This document shows positions 46,103-55,856 of a stretch of DNA of 64,000 nt, piece by piece. The DNA comes from Hyphomonadaceae bacterium (GTDB lineage: Bacteria; Pseudomonadota; Alphaproteobacteria; Caulobacterales; Hyphomonadaceae): positions 18,164-82,163 of the forward strand of contig JALEGE010000170.1 of NCBI GenBank assembly GCA_022760335.1. The letters run 5' to 3'. The translations under genes and the position numbers were made by a program. Below the pieces are notes generated by a model that searched no databases, was not told where the DNA came from, and worked only from the letters and a program-made list of their open reading frames with translations. Numbering within the stretch: position 1 is the stretch's first letter; each line of letters begins with the position of its first letter.

Positions 46103-46531
46103 TCAGACGTTGAAGACTGCGAGAATCGACGCGATTCCTGCCACAGCGGTAAACATCAGGGACAGGCTGACGGCGACGATGCGCTGGGACTTTTTTCGGT
46201 GCCGTACGCCTGGCGGAGGACCTTCGCCCTTTTTCTTCGGTGCCAGGGTCCAGGTATTGGTCAGAAACCCGGCCGCCGCGAGCCCGGAAAGCGTTGCCGA
46301 GCCATATGCGCCGGCCAGAACGGCAAGTGCGCAAGCGGCCAGAAGCACGACCGCAATCGGCCCGGATGTGTTGCGCATCAATTGGCGAACATGGCCATCC
46401 GCGCGCGAATAGTCGAGCCGATCAAAGGAACAATTGGGCGCTGCGACCGTGGTGATCCAGGCCGCGCCGGCGGCAAATGCGGCGGTGAAGACGGCAAGGC
46501 CGCCAGCGATGGACTGGATCGAGTCGAACAT
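46103..46531 (-). CDS. Hypothetical integral membrane protein
   Basis: 142 aa with three to four hydrophobic helices and a basic loop [16 protein letters not shown]. No family recognised. Confidence 0.6.
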   Translation of the reverse strand: MFDSIQSIAGGLAVFTAAFAAGAAWITTVAAPNCSFDRLDYSRADGHVRQLMRNTSGPIAVVLLAACALAVLAGAYGSATLSGLAAAGFLTNTWTLAPKKKGEGPPPGVRHRKKSQRIVAVSLSLMFTAVAGIASILAVFNV

Positions 46532-46581
46532 GGCAATCCCTCTGGCCGGATTCGCGTTTTCACCAAAGTTTGACGGTGAAC

Positions 46582-47382
46582 TCAGGCGAAAATGGCGATG
46601 GTTTGGCGCTCAACAAGGATTGGGCGGCCATCTCGGCTCCACAGTGACATGGATTGGCTCGAATACCCATCGCTTGCGGTTTGCGCGATATGCCGCGCGA
46701 AATACCAGCCATCCTGTGTGCTCAAATCCTCCGTCAGAAATTCGGCCATCCAGGTCATCGAGCTGATTGGTGCGGGCGCTGTGAACATGGACATGATTGC
46801 CGGTGGCGGCGCATCAGCGAGGGCGAGGATGCTGGTTGGCGAAACCGGCCCGGTTCTATCGCGGTGGCGTAGCCATAGCCCGATGATGGACTTGGTGGCC
46901 TGGCTCATGGGTGGCTGGCCTTCGGCGAGCAGCATGTCGAAATGCTGTGTGAAATGCGGGCCGGAACGCTCGCCGGAGAACATGGGGGAGGTTCGCTCAG
47001 GACCGGGCAAGCCATTCGGCATGGGCATGTCACTGATCTGGTAATCGCTTTCGCGATGCTTCCCGAATGTGAAGAGCGCCCTGGCGGCCAGCCCCTGAGG
47101 GCCGGTCAAGTCGACGCTGACAAAGGCAGTGTTCTTGCCCCGCCGCATCAGGCTTGGGGTCATCTTCACCTCTCCGCCGGAAGGGCCGACAAAGACCACT
47201 TGCACGGCCCGCAGTGGCATCCCTTCTGCAATGGAAACGGCCGCTTCATGACAGAGTGCAGCAGTGAGCCCACCATACGTGGTACGCCCCTGCATCCAAC
47301 CTGGCGGGATAACCGTCTGCAAAGCCCCGTCAGCCGTGCGCGAGAGCCCGGCCAAAAGGTCTGTGAAAGAGGTTTCGGTCAT
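46582..47382 (-). CDS. Thioesterase-superfamily protein (TesB-like double hot-dog, 4HBT_3-type)
   Basis: 266 aa. PPGWMQGRTTYGGLTAALCHEAA is typical of acyl-CoA-thioesterase-like proteins. Confidence 0.8.
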   Translation of the reverse strand: MTETSFTDLLAGLSRTADGALQTVIPPGWMQGRTTYGGLTAALCHEAAVSIAEGMPLRAVQVVFVGPSGGEVKMTPSLMRRGKNTAFVSVDLTGPQGLAARALFTFGKHRESDYQISDMPMPNGLPGPERTSPMFSGERSGPHFTQHFDMLLAEGQPPMSQATKSIIGLWLRHRDRTGPVSPTSILALADAPPPAIMSMFTAPAPISSMTWMAEFLTEDLSTQDGWYFARHIAQTASDGYSSQSMSLWSRDGRPILVERQTIAIFA

Positions 47383-47397
47383 TCAGCAGATGCCGGC

Positions 47398-47742
47398 CTA
47401 ATGCTGGGCTTCCGGCGTGGTGACGGTCAGGCCCTCGAGGTCTTCGCTGACAGGGATCTGGCAGGACAGACGGGAGGTCTCGGTCACGTTCTCTGCAAAA
47501 TCCAACATGGATTGTTCCATGTCTTCCGGCGTGCCGACCTTTTCCATGAAGGAGGCATCGACATAGACATGGCAGGTTGCGCAGGCACAGGCGCCGCCGC
47601 AATCGGCATCGATGCCGGGGATGCCGTTCTTGATCGCGGTTTCCATTACGGTCTCGCCGACCTTGGCATCAACTTCGCGGACAGTGCCCTCGAAATCCTT
47701 GTAGATGATCTTTACCATGGCGTTCAGTTTCCCTCTCTTCAA
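47398..47742 (-). CDS. 2Fe-2S ferredoxin (adrenodoxin/putidaredoxin type)
   Basis: 114 aa. Cluster motif [14 protein letters not shown] plus the distal Cys in LSCQI. Confidence 0.93.
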   Translation of the reverse strand: MKRGKLNAMVKIIYKDFEGTVREVDAKVGETVMETAIKNGIPGIDADCGGACACATCHVYVDASFMEKVGTPEDMEQSMLDFAENVTETSRLSCQIPVSEDLEGLTVTTPEAQH

Positions 47743-48980
47743 ACCGCCGTAGCGGCGATCTCTTTCATGGAAATGGATGTATCCGACAGGCGCTCGGGTG
47801 CAACCTTCGCCCCTGCGGCAATGAGCTTCTTTGATGCCAGGAATTCCGGCGGGCTGTTGACGGCGTCCACTGCGATCAGCGCGCCGGATTTCAGATAGAA
47901 GGTGGCGAATTTGCGCGCCTCGGGATCACCGCGCACGACCAGTTCGTCATAGTCCTGGCTCAAGCCGGCGATCTGTAGTTTGAGGTCATACTGGTCTGAC
48001 CAAAACCAGGGCGTGTCTTCAGGTGGGCGCGGTTTGCCGAGAATGGCGGCGGCCGCCAGCTTGCCCTGTTCGATGGCATTATGGACGCTTTCCAACCGGC
48101 CGATGCGGCCATAATGGACCAGCGGACGGCGTGCGCAGTCGCCGCAGGCGAACACATGTGGGTCATTGGTGCGCGCGTCTCGGTCGACCAGGATGCCGTT
48201 CTCGCAAGCAATTCCGGCTTCCGCGGCCAGTTCCTCGTTCGGCAGAATACCGATACCGATCAGCACCAGATCGGCCTTGATCTCGCTGCCATCGACCAGC
48301 TGGGCCGCCGTGACGGCGCCATTGTCGCCTTTCAGCGCGGCGAGGCCGGCGCCGCAGCGAATGTCTACGCCCTGCGCGCGATGCTGCTTTTCATAGAAGT
48401 CCGACATCACCGGGCTGGTCACGCGGGCCAGTACACGCGGCGCCATTTCCAGTACGGTGACGTCCATGCCGAGTTGGCGGGCGACGGCGGCAGCCTCCAG
48501 ACCAATATATCCGGCTCCGACAATAACAATGGATCGCCCGGCAATGGTCTGCGGCGCGAGACGCTCGACATCGGCCAGGCTGCGCAACTCGTGCACGCCG
48601 TCGAGGTCGGCGCCCGGCAGGGGCAGTGCGCGCGGACGTGAGCCGGTGGCCAGGATCAGGGCATCATAATCAAGCACGGCATCATGTGAGAGATGCACCT
48701 GGCGGGCCGAACGGTCGATGCGCGTGGCGCTCACGCCGAGCATCAGTTCCACGCCATTATCCTGGTACCAGGCCGCCGGTTTGAAATAGAGCCGTTCTTC
48801 CGGCATCTCGCCCTTCAGGAAAGCCTTGGAGAGGGGGGGGCGCTGATAGGGCGGCGCAGGTTCGTCGCCAACAAGCGTAATGGCGCCGTCATAGCCACCC
48901 TGGCGCAGAGAGAACACAGCCTGCGCGCCGGCCTGGCCGCCACCAATGACGACAATCTGCTTTGCTGAACTCAGGTCCAA
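47739..48980 (-). CDS. FAD-dependent ferredoxin-NAD(P)+ reductase (putidaredoxin-reductase-like)
   Basis: 413 aa. [12 protein letters not shown] and [14 protein letters not shown] dinucleotide motifs. TTG start with GGGAGAA SD. 4-nt overlap with the ferredoxin gene. Confidence 0.92.
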   Translation of the reverse strand: MDLSSAKQIVVIGGGQAGAQAVFSLRQGGYDGAITLVGDEPAPPYQRPPLSKAFLKGEMPEERLYFKPAAWYQDNGVELMLGVSATRIDRSARQVHLSHDAVLDYDALILATGSRPRALPLPGADLDGVHELRSLADVERLAPQTIAGRSIVIVGAGYIGLEAAAVARQLGMDVTVLEMAPRVLARVTSPVMSDFYEKQHRAQGVDIRCGAGLAALKGDNGAVTAAQLVDGSEIKADLVLIGIGILPNEELAAEAGIACENGILVDRDARTNDPHVFACGDCARRPLVHYGRIGRLESVHNAIEQGKLAAAAILGKPRPPEDTPWFWSDQYDLKLQIAGLSQDYDELVVRGDPEARKFATFYLKSGALIAVDAVNSPPEFLASKKLIAAGAKVAPERLSDTSISMKEIAATAV

Positions 48981-49129
48981 TCTGTTTCTCCCTGTCGCCG
49001 CAAGAATAATGACGCCTGCGTCAACTTTGCAAGGGCGAAGCTGTCTGCTGGCGTTTTGCCGCGCCCGCTATAGGGTGCGACGCTAGGCGGGTTTGAACCA
49101 GCCCAGGCAATTTGAAAAGAGCATCTCTT

Positions 49130-49342
49130 ATGCAAAACATCCTGACCATTGCCTTTTACGTCGCGCTTATCGGCGTTCTGGTTATCCTCGCCCTGGGCTT
49201 GATAAATCTTGTTCGCAAGGATGAACGCCAGGCTTCGCGTTCAAACCAGTTGATGCGGCTGCGTGTGTTGGCACAGGCGATCGCGGTGGGGCTGCTCGTG
49301 GTGCTGGGCTTTGTCAGCGGCGCGATAAGCTTGCCTTTCTAG
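49130..49342 (+). CDS. Twin-transmembrane-helix small protein (HIG1-like)
   Basis: MQNILTIAFYVALIGVLVILALGLINL....RLRVLAQAIAVGLLVVLGFV gives two TM helices, with the R-x-R-V-x-x-Q motif. Confidence 0.8.
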   Translation: MQNILTIAFYVALIGVLVILALGLINLVRKDERQASRSNQLMRLRVLAQAIAVGLLVVLGFVSGAISLPF

Positions 49343-49352
49343 GGGTTTCGGG

Positions 49353-49928
49353 ATGGTCAAACTCAACAAGATTTACACCCGGACCGGCGATGGTGGCAAA
49401 ACGAGGCTCTCAACCGGCCAGCCTGTCGATAAGTGGAATCCGCGCGTGGTTGCTTATGGCACGGTGGACGAAACCAATGCCGCACTCGGCCTGGCCGCGC
49501 TCCATGCAACTGGGGAGATGGCTGCGGCGATTGGGCGAATCCAGAACGACCTTTTTGATCTCGGCGCGGATCTGGCCACGCCCGACACAGGCAAGGATCT
49601 TGGTTGGGAGCCGCTGCGCGTGACGCAGGCCCAGGTGTTGCGTCTGGAAACAGAGATCGATGCCATGAATGCCGATATTCCGCCGCTGGACAGTTTCGTC
49701 CTGCCCGGTGGATCAGCCTTGGCGGCATATCTGCACATGGCGCGCACAATATCCCGAAGGGCCGAGCGTCAGATCGCTGAACTGGCAGCGATGGAGGATG
49801 AAGTCGTCAGCGCTGCTGCGCGGGCTTATGCCAACCGTCTCTCGGACTGGTTGTTCGTCGCCAGCCGCGCGGCGAATGAAGATGGCGCGCGCGATGTAAA
49901 ATGGGTGCCCGGTGCCAATCGCGAATAG
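49353..49928 (+). CDS. PduO-type ATP:cob(I)alamin adenosyltransferase
   Basis: KIYTRTGDGGKTRL N-terminus and FVLPGGS motif. Confidence 0.93.
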   Translation: MVKLNKIYTRTGDGGKTRLSTGQPVDKWNPRVVAYGTVDETNAALGLAALHATGEMAAAIGRIQNDLFDLGADLATPDTGKDLGWEPLRVTQAQVLRLETEIDAMNADIPPLDSFVLPGGSALAAYLHMARTISRRAERQIAELAAMEDEVVSAAARAYANRLSDWLFVASRAANEDGARDVKWVPGANRE

Positions 49929-50054
49929 TTTGTAAGCTTGCTCAAGTTTCATCCCGGCGATTCAGAATCCTGATAGATCTGCATGTATTGGTGACACCTC
50001 GTGGGGGTGCGTATCTGGGCTGACCTGTGGGAGGTGTCCGTGGTCTATTGGTCG

Positions 50055-51806
50055 ATGCCGAAATCGGCGCGTGCGGTTATCGTGCTGTCGGGCATATTCC
50101 TGTCGGCTTGTAGCGGTGGAGGCGGGTCTTCCTCGCCAGCTGCGCCATCGACGCCGCAGGATGCCGGCACGTTCAGCACCGAAGCTGAAACCGCACGTTT
50201 CCTGACCCAGGCAACCTTCGGCCCGACGCCCGAGCAGATCTCTTCGCTGACCGGCACGAGCGCGTCGGACTGGATTCGCCGTGAGTTTCGCAAGTCGCCA
50301 TCGCGCAATCTGCAATATGTGCTGGAATATACCCGCAGCGAGCGGGGCACCAATGACAGCGGCAATATCAATTATGAAGGCAAGCAGTCGCCAAGCTTTT
50401 CCTTCTGGGTGAACGCGGTCGAGGCCGATGATCAGCTACGCCAGCGTATGGCCTTTGCACTTTCGGAAATTCTCGTCATTTCCCATGGCGAGGGCGGCAA
50501 TCTCTTCGATCTGCCCGTTCCCGTCGCCGATTATCAGGACATCCTGGTCGACAATGCCTTTGGCAATTATCGTGAGCTTTTGGAGGATGTGACCTACTCG
50601 CCGGCCATGGCGATCTGGTTGACCTATCTGCGGAATCGAAAGGCCAACAATTCCGGGCGCATGCCGGATGAAAACTATGCCCGCGAAGTGATGCAGCTGT
50701 TCACCATTGGCCTGGTTGAACTCAACCCCGATGGGACGGCGCGTTCGGGCACATCCGGAGAGCCAATCCAGACCTATGACAATAGCGATGTGGTTGGTCT
50801 GGCGAAGGTGTTCACCGGTCTGTCAATCGATCAGGAAAGTTTCTGGCGCGGTTTCAAGGATGCGCCAATCGATGCCCAGTTTTCACGCCTGAAACTGTTC
50901 CCGGAATACCATTCGGAAGTGGAAAAGGCCTTTCTGGGGACGGTCATCCCGGAGAATACTTCCGGTGAGGAGAGTATTTCCGCCGCGCTCGACGCCTTGT
51001 TCAATCACGAGAATTTACCGCCCTTTGTCTCGCGCCAGCTGATCCAGCGTTTCGTGACCAGCGACCCGTCACCAGCCTATGTCCAGCGAGTTGCAGAAGC
51101 CTTCATTGGCGGGAGCTATCAGCTGCCCGATGGCTCACGCGTTGGCGATGGCCGGCGAGGCAGCCTTGAGGCGACCATTGCCGCAGTATTGTTCGATGAC
51201 GAAGCGCGCGGTGCGAGTGCGCGGGCGCGCAATGATTTCGGCAAGATCCGAGAACCGATCCTGCGCTTTACAAGTTGGGCGCGGGCTTTCGATGCCGGTG
51301 ATGTGCGCCCGCAGGATTCCCCACTCCTGTGGAATACGGGCGCGCCGCAAATGCTTGGCCAGCATCCCTACAAGTCGCCATCAGTGTTCAATTTCTACCG
51401 CCCAGGCTATGTCGCGCCGGGCACCGAATCCGGCGCGGCCGGACTGACGGTGCCTGAACTACAGATCACCAATGCCTCGAGTGTCGCTGGCTATACCAAT
51501 TTCATGACCTTCTACGCCTTTGCCTATGCGGCCAATGACAGGGATCCGGAAGAGGCGACCAGCTTTATTCCGGACTATGGCGATGAACGTCTCATGGCAG
51601 ACGATCCGCAGGCTTTGGTCGACCATCTGTCTCTGGTGCTGGCCTATGATGCGTTACCATCCCCAACCCGGCAGACCATTGTCGAGGCGATCGATCAGAT
51701 CCCGCTGACCAGCGAGTATGACGATGAGTATGATGGCGAACTGATGCGCATCAGCCTTGCCACACTGATGGTGATGACAAGCCCGGAATATATCGTACAG
51801 CGCTAG
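50055..51806 (+). CDS. DUF1800 domain protein (lipoprotein)
   Basis: MPKSARAVIVLSGIFLSAC lipobox. RFLTQATFGPT, MAIWLTYLRN and VMQLFTIGL motifs typical of DUF1800. Confidence 0.88.
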   Translation: MPKSARAVIVLSGIFLSACSGGGGSSSPAAPSTPQDAGTFSTEAETARFLTQATFGPTPEQISSLTGTSASDWIRREFRKSPSRNLQYVLEYTRSERGTNDSGNINYEGKQSPSFSFWVNAVEADDQLRQRMAFALSEILVISHGEGGNLFDLPVPVADYQDILVDNAFGNYRELLEDVTYSPAMAIWLTYLRNRKANNSGRMPDENYAREVMQLFTIGLVELNPDGTARSGTSGEPIQTYDNSDVVGLAKVFTGLSIDQESFWRGFKDAPIDAQFSRLKLFPEYHSEVEKAFLGTVIPENTSGEESISAALDALFNHENLPPFVSRQLIQRFVTSDPSPAYVQRVAEAFIGGSYQLPDGSRVGDGRRGSLEATIAAVLFDDEARGASARARNDFGKIREPILRFTSWARAFDAGDVRPQDSPLLWNTGAPQMLGQHPYKSPSVFNFYRPGYVAPGTESGAAGLTVPELQITNASSVAGYTNFMTFYAFAYAANDRDPEEATSFIPDYGDERLMADDPQALVDHLSLVLAYDALPSPTRQTIVEAIDQIPLTSEYDDEYDGELMRISLATLMVMTSPEYIVQR

Positions 51807-51816
51807 GACCTACCCC

Positions 51817-53241
51817 ATGAGCTTCAATCGACGTCTCTTCATGAAATCGGCGCTGGCGACGGCCTTCAGCGGCGCAACGCTCTCGACCCTGGCGCCGTCT
51901 TTGGGGCAGTTTCAGGCCCATGCCGCCAACTCGACGGGCTACAAGGCGCTGGTCTGTATCTTCATGTTTGGTGGCCTGGACACCCATGATGTGCTGATCC
52001 CTTATGATCCGGCCTCTTATGATGCCTATGGCCAGATCCGCCAGCCGCTTATCGCGCGCTATTCCGGTGCTCAGGGCGGTAACAGCCGTCTGCGCGAGCG
52101 GCTTTTGCCCCTGGCGCCTGAAAATGCAGGCGATTTCGGTGGGCGGCAGTTTGCCTTGCCTGAGGAACTGACAGGTATACACAGCCTGTTTCAGTCCGGC
52201 CGGGCCGCGGTGGTGGCCAATGTTGGCCCATTGGTCGAGCCGTTGACCCGCACGACCTACAATGATCGCAGCGGGGCACGACCGGCTCAGCTTTTCTCTC
52301 ACAATGACCAGCAATCAACCTGGATGGCCAGTGAGCCGGAAGGAGCGCAATATGGTTGGGGCGGGCGGTTTGCCGACGCGATCTTGAATTCAGGATCCAA
52401 TCAGGTGCCGGAGTTCTCCGCCATCTCGACCCAGGGCAATCAGGTTTTCCTGACGGGTGAGCGGGTCCTGCCCTTCCCGGTCAGTCTGGAAGGTGCGGGC
52501 CGATTTGAGATATTCGAGACGTTTCGTGACAATCCCTTCGGCCAGGACGGTAACCGTACTTATGAGCGGATGCGCGCGCACTTCAACAGTAGCGCCAATC
52601 GATCCAATCTGATCGAGCGCGACATGGCCGCGGCGCTGTCTGGCGCGCTGGAAAAGAATGAAGCCTTCAATTCCGCGCTCCTGAATGCACCCGCGCTGCA
52701 GACCCAATTCCCCGGAACCCGCTTTGCCCAGCAGTTGCAGGCGGTCGCCCAGACCATCGCCACGCGCAACACATTGCTGATGAACCGGCAGGTTTTCTTC
52801 GTCGCGCAAGGCGGATTTGACACCCATTCCAACCAGGCCAATGGCCTGCCCAACCAGATGCGCGAGATTGATGAGGCGGTGATGGCCTTTCTTTCGGCGC
52901 TGGAGGAAATGGGCGCGGCCAATGATGTTACCCTGTTCACCGCATCAGATTTCGGCCGCACTCTGGCGATCAATGATGATGGCACCGACCATGGCTGGGG
53001 CAGTCACCATTTCGTGATCGGCAATGCGGTGCGCGGCAACCGGATCTATGGCGATGTCCCCCCGCCGGTCTTCGAGCATGACTATGATTCCGGTAATGGG
53101 CGCCTGATCCCAAGCATGTCTGTCGAGCAGTATGCAGGTGCCATGGGACGCTGGTTCGGGCTGAATGACACAGAATTGCTGACGGCCCTGCCCGGGCTGG
53201 CGGCATTTGATTCCGGTACATCCGACATGGCCTTCATCTAG
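51817..53241 (+). CDS. DUF1501 domain protein (sulfatase-fold, Tat-exported)
   Basis: Tat-like MSFNRRLFMKSALATAF. FMFGGLDTHD, QGGFDTHSNQ and SDFGRT..DGTDHGWG motifs. Confidence 0.9.
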   Translation: MSFNRRLFMKSALATAFSGATLSTLAPSLGQFQAHAANSTGYKALVCIFMFGGLDTHDVLIPYDPASYDAYGQIRQPLIARYSGAQGGNSRLRERLLPLAPENAGDFGGRQFALPEELTGIHSLFQSGRAAVVANVGPLVEPLTRTTYNDRSGARPAQLFSHNDQQSTWMASEPEGAQYGWGGRFADAILNSGSNQVPEFSAISTQGNQVFLTGERVLPFPVSLEGAGRFEIFETFRDNPFGQDGNRTYERMRAHFNSSANRSNLIERDMAAALSGALEKNEAFNSALLNAPALQTQFPGTRFAQQLQAVAQTIATRNTLLMNRQVFFVAQGGFDTHSNQANGLPNQMREIDEAVMAFLSALEEMGAANDVTLFTASDFGRTLAINDDGTDHGWGSHHFVIGNAVRGNRIYGDVPPPVFEHDYDSGNGRLIPSMSVEQYAGAMGRWFGLNDTELLTALPGLAAFDSGTSDMAFI

Positions 53242-53391
53242 GCTTCCGGGCCGGCCTCTTCGCCTCTGTGTCCGTGTGGTGACACTTGCGAACTTTGCGC
53301 AAGGGAAGGTGCGCTGCACATTGATCTTTGACGCCGTGCACAATCAAGCTTAGGCAAAGAGACTTTGCCGAAGGTGCGGAGACAGGACTTC

Positions 53392-54270
53392 ATGGCACGA
53401 ATTCAGAGTGTAGGTGTTGTTGGCGCGGGCCAGATGGGCAACGGGATTGCCCATGTCAGTGCGCTTGCTGGCTATTCGGTTGTTTTGAACGATATTTCCG
53501 AAGCGGCCCTGGAAAGCGCGCGCGAGACAATCGATCGCAATATGGCTCGGCAATTGTCGCGTGAGAGTATTACAAAGGCAGAGTTGGAGGCCGCCCAGGC
53601 CCGGATCAGCTACACGAGTGATCTGAGCGCCTTTGAAACCGTAGACCTTGCCGTGGAAGCGGCTACGGAGAAACGCGAACTCAAGGAAGCCATCTTCCGG
53701 AGTCTTTGTGAAGTGGTCCCGCAAACGGCCTATCTCGCGACCAACACCTCTTCTATCAGTGTGACGCGCCTGGCTTCGGTGACTGATCGTCCGTCACGCT
53801 TTATCGGCATGCATTTCATGAATCCGGTTCCGCTGATGAAACTGGTGGAAGTGATCCGCGGCCTTGCGACAGATCAGGAAACCTATGAAGTCGCTGTTGA
53901 GTTCGCCCAAAGCCTGGGCAAGACCACGACAAACGCCGAAGACTATCCCGCCTTTATCGTGAACCGCATCCTGGTGCCTATGATCAATGAGGCGGTCTAT
54001 GCGCTGTATGAGGGCGTGGGTACGGTGGAAAGTATCGATACGGCCATGCGGCTTGGTGCAAATCATCCCATGGGGCCGCTGACACTGGCCGATTTCATTG
54101 GCCTTGATACCTGTCTTTCCATCATGCAGGTGCTGCATGATGGCCTGGCCGACACCAAGTATCGTCCGTGTCCGCTACTGGTAAAATATGTCGAGGCTGG
54201 CTGGGTCGGCCGCAAGGCCGGGCGCGGCTTTTATGACTATAGCGGCGATGCTCCGGTGCCAACGCGCTAG
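53392..54270 (+). CDS. hbd: 3-hydroxybutyryl-CoA / 3-hydroxyacyl-CoA dehydrogenase
   Basis: VGVVGAGQMGNGIA Rossmann motif, GMHFMNPVPLMKLVE, 3HCDH C-domain. Confidence 0.93.
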   Translation: MARIQSVGVVGAGQMGNGIAHVSALAGYSVVLNDISEAALESARETIDRNMARQLSRESITKAELEAAQARISYTSDLSAFETVDLAVEAATEKRELKEAIFRSLCEVVPQTAYLATNTSSISVTRLASVTDRPSRFIGMHFMNPVPLMKLVEVIRGLATDQETYEVAVEFAQSLGKTTTNAEDYPAFIVNRILVPMINEAVYALYEGVGTVESIDTAMRLGANHPMGPLTLADFIGLDTCLSIMQVLHDGLADTKYRPCPLLVKYVEAGWVGRKAGRGFYDYSGDAPVPTR

Positions 54271-54348
54271 CGGCCCTAAATGAAAATCCGGCAAGCTTTT
54301 GCTTCGGGGGCTTACCTTCGTGGCGCAAATGCGTTACAAATCAATGTG

Positions 54349-54648
54349 ATGCTAAGATCTGAACTGGTTGCCAAACTGGCTGACAAATACAGCCACATGC
54401 CCGCTGAAAAGCTGGAGCAGGCTGTATCGATCATCCTGGATGAGATCACCGATGCGCTTGCGCGTGGGGATAGAGTGGAACTGCGCGGCTTCGGCGCCTT
54501 TTCAGTGCGCCATCGCGAGGCGCGACGGGGCCGCAATCCGCGCACAGGCGACACCGTTGATGTGCCGGCCAAATCTGTTCCCTTCTTCAAGGCGGGCAAG
54601 GAATTGCGCTCACGCGTGAATAGCGGCATGGATCCTGAAGCCCGCTGA
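54349..54648 (+). CDS. ihfB: Integration host factor subunit beta
   Basis: [11 protein letters not shown]...[46 protein letters not shown] is the beta-type pattern. Confidence 0.9.
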   Translation: MLRSELVAKLADKYSHMPAEKLEQAVSIILDEITDALARGDRVELRGFGAFSVRHREARRGRNPRTGDTVDVPAKSVPFFKAGKELRSRVNSGMDPEAR

Positions 54649-54782
54649 CGAGCTTCCGCCAGACTTGCTGAGGCTTTCATTTTCATGCGCGAAAGCTACA
54701 GCTCGACTGTTCTTTGACGCGCTTGCCTGCCCTTGCAAACTTATGCAGAGTTGAAAGTCATTAGCGGCGCTGGAGGGCTGAA

Positions 54783-55199
54783 ATGTTCAATGAGTTCAAA
54801 GAATTTGCCATGAAGGGGAACCTGGTCGACATGGCTGTCGGCTTTGTGATGGGTGGGGCCTTTGCCACGGTCGTCACCGCCTTTATCCAGGGTGTGTTCC
54901 TGCCCATCCTGTCGCCGATTATGGGCGGCATAGATCTGTCCGCGCTGACCTTGACGATCACACCGGCGGAAGTGGATGCCGCTGGTGAGGTGACCAAGGA
55001 GGCGGCCGTGGTCGAACTTGGCGCCTTTATCAGCGCGGTGATCTCTTTCCTGATCGTCGCATTCGTCATGTTCATGATCATCAAGGGCATGAACAGTATG
55101 ATGAAAAAAGCCGAAGAAGCACCGGCTGCGCCCCCTGAACCGCCAAAAGAGCAGCTTCTACTGGAAGAAATTCGTGATCTGTTAGCGAAAAAGGTGTAG
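54783..55199 (+). CDS. mscL: Large-conductance mechanosensitive channel
   Basis: MFNEFKEFAMKGNLVDMAVGFVMGGAF. Confidence 0.95.
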   Translation: MFNEFKEFAMKGNLVDMAVGFVMGGAFATVVTAFIQGVFLPILSPIMGGIDLSALTLTITPAEVDAAGEVTKEAAVVELGAFISAVISFLIVAFVMFMIIKGMNSMMKKAEEAPAAPPEPPKEQLLLEEIRDLLAKKV

Positions 55200-55230
55200 A
55201 AGAAGAATCAGTAGAGTATGTGTAGCGTAG

Positions 55231-55266
55231 GAAGGGCGGTCCTGATTGGGCCGCCTTTCTTTTTTC
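55231..55266 (+). terminator. Rho-independent terminator after mscL
   Basis: gaagggcgg-N10-gccgcctttc followed by a T-rich run (tttcttttttct). Confidence 0.75.
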
Positions 55267-55784
55267 TATGCACCCACAGGCTCTGATGCGCTGTCCTGGA
55301 TGGCCGTACCGCCTGCCGCGCGCACAGCCGCCTCGAAGTCTTCCGCGGTGCCATCATAGTGCGACATCTGGATTGCCAGATCCGGCAGGCCGAGGCGCGC
55401 ATTCAGCGCGGCGCCAAGCAGAACTGTGCGCTCCTCAAACACCGGGTGAGGCGCATCTGTGCGGATCAGTGCGAAAAGAGGTGTGCCCTGCCAATCCATC
55501 CGCTCGATCCGCGCAAGGGCTTCCCAGGGAAAGGTCACACCCAGGCGTTTCAGATAGATCCCTTCATGACTGATCCGCAGCATCACCGGTCTGGCCGTCA
55601 GGCGATAGGCAAGGATACTCGCCCCAAACAGACAGGCCGCACACGGCACGAGCAGCGCGCCTGAGACAATGCTATTGGACCAAAAGACTGCCGCGCCCAG
55701 GCCACAGATCAAGGCGAGCGCGCCAATCCCGAGAAAATAGACAAGTGTGCTTCCGCGCGCGGCGCTGAACTCTGTTCGGACCAT
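55266..55784 (-). CDS. Hypothetical membrane protein (two N-terminal TM helices + soluble domain)
   Basis: 172 aa. No family recognised. Confidence 0.55.
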   Translation of the reverse strand: MVRTEFSAARGSTLVYFLGIGALALICGLGAAVFWSNSIVSGALLVPCAACLFGASILAYRLTARPVMLRISHEGIYLKRLGVTFPWEALARIERMDWQGTPLFALIRTDAPHPVFEERTVLLGAALNARLGLPDLAIQMSHYDGTAEDFEAAVRAAGGTAIQDSASEPVGA

Positions 55785-55856
55785 TCTTATTGAATAGAGC
55801 GCTCTCGACCTTGGTGAAACCCCGCGAACTACGCCAGGGCAGCTTAAAGCCTTCCT

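Noticed and set aside
45094-46113. 339-aa plus-strand ORF
   Set aside because: It lies antisense to argF.
49000-49352. Cobalamin riboswitch upstream of the adenosyltransferase gene
   Set aside because: I could find no B12-box-like sequence or extended conserved structure. The space is occupied by the small twin-TM protein gene.
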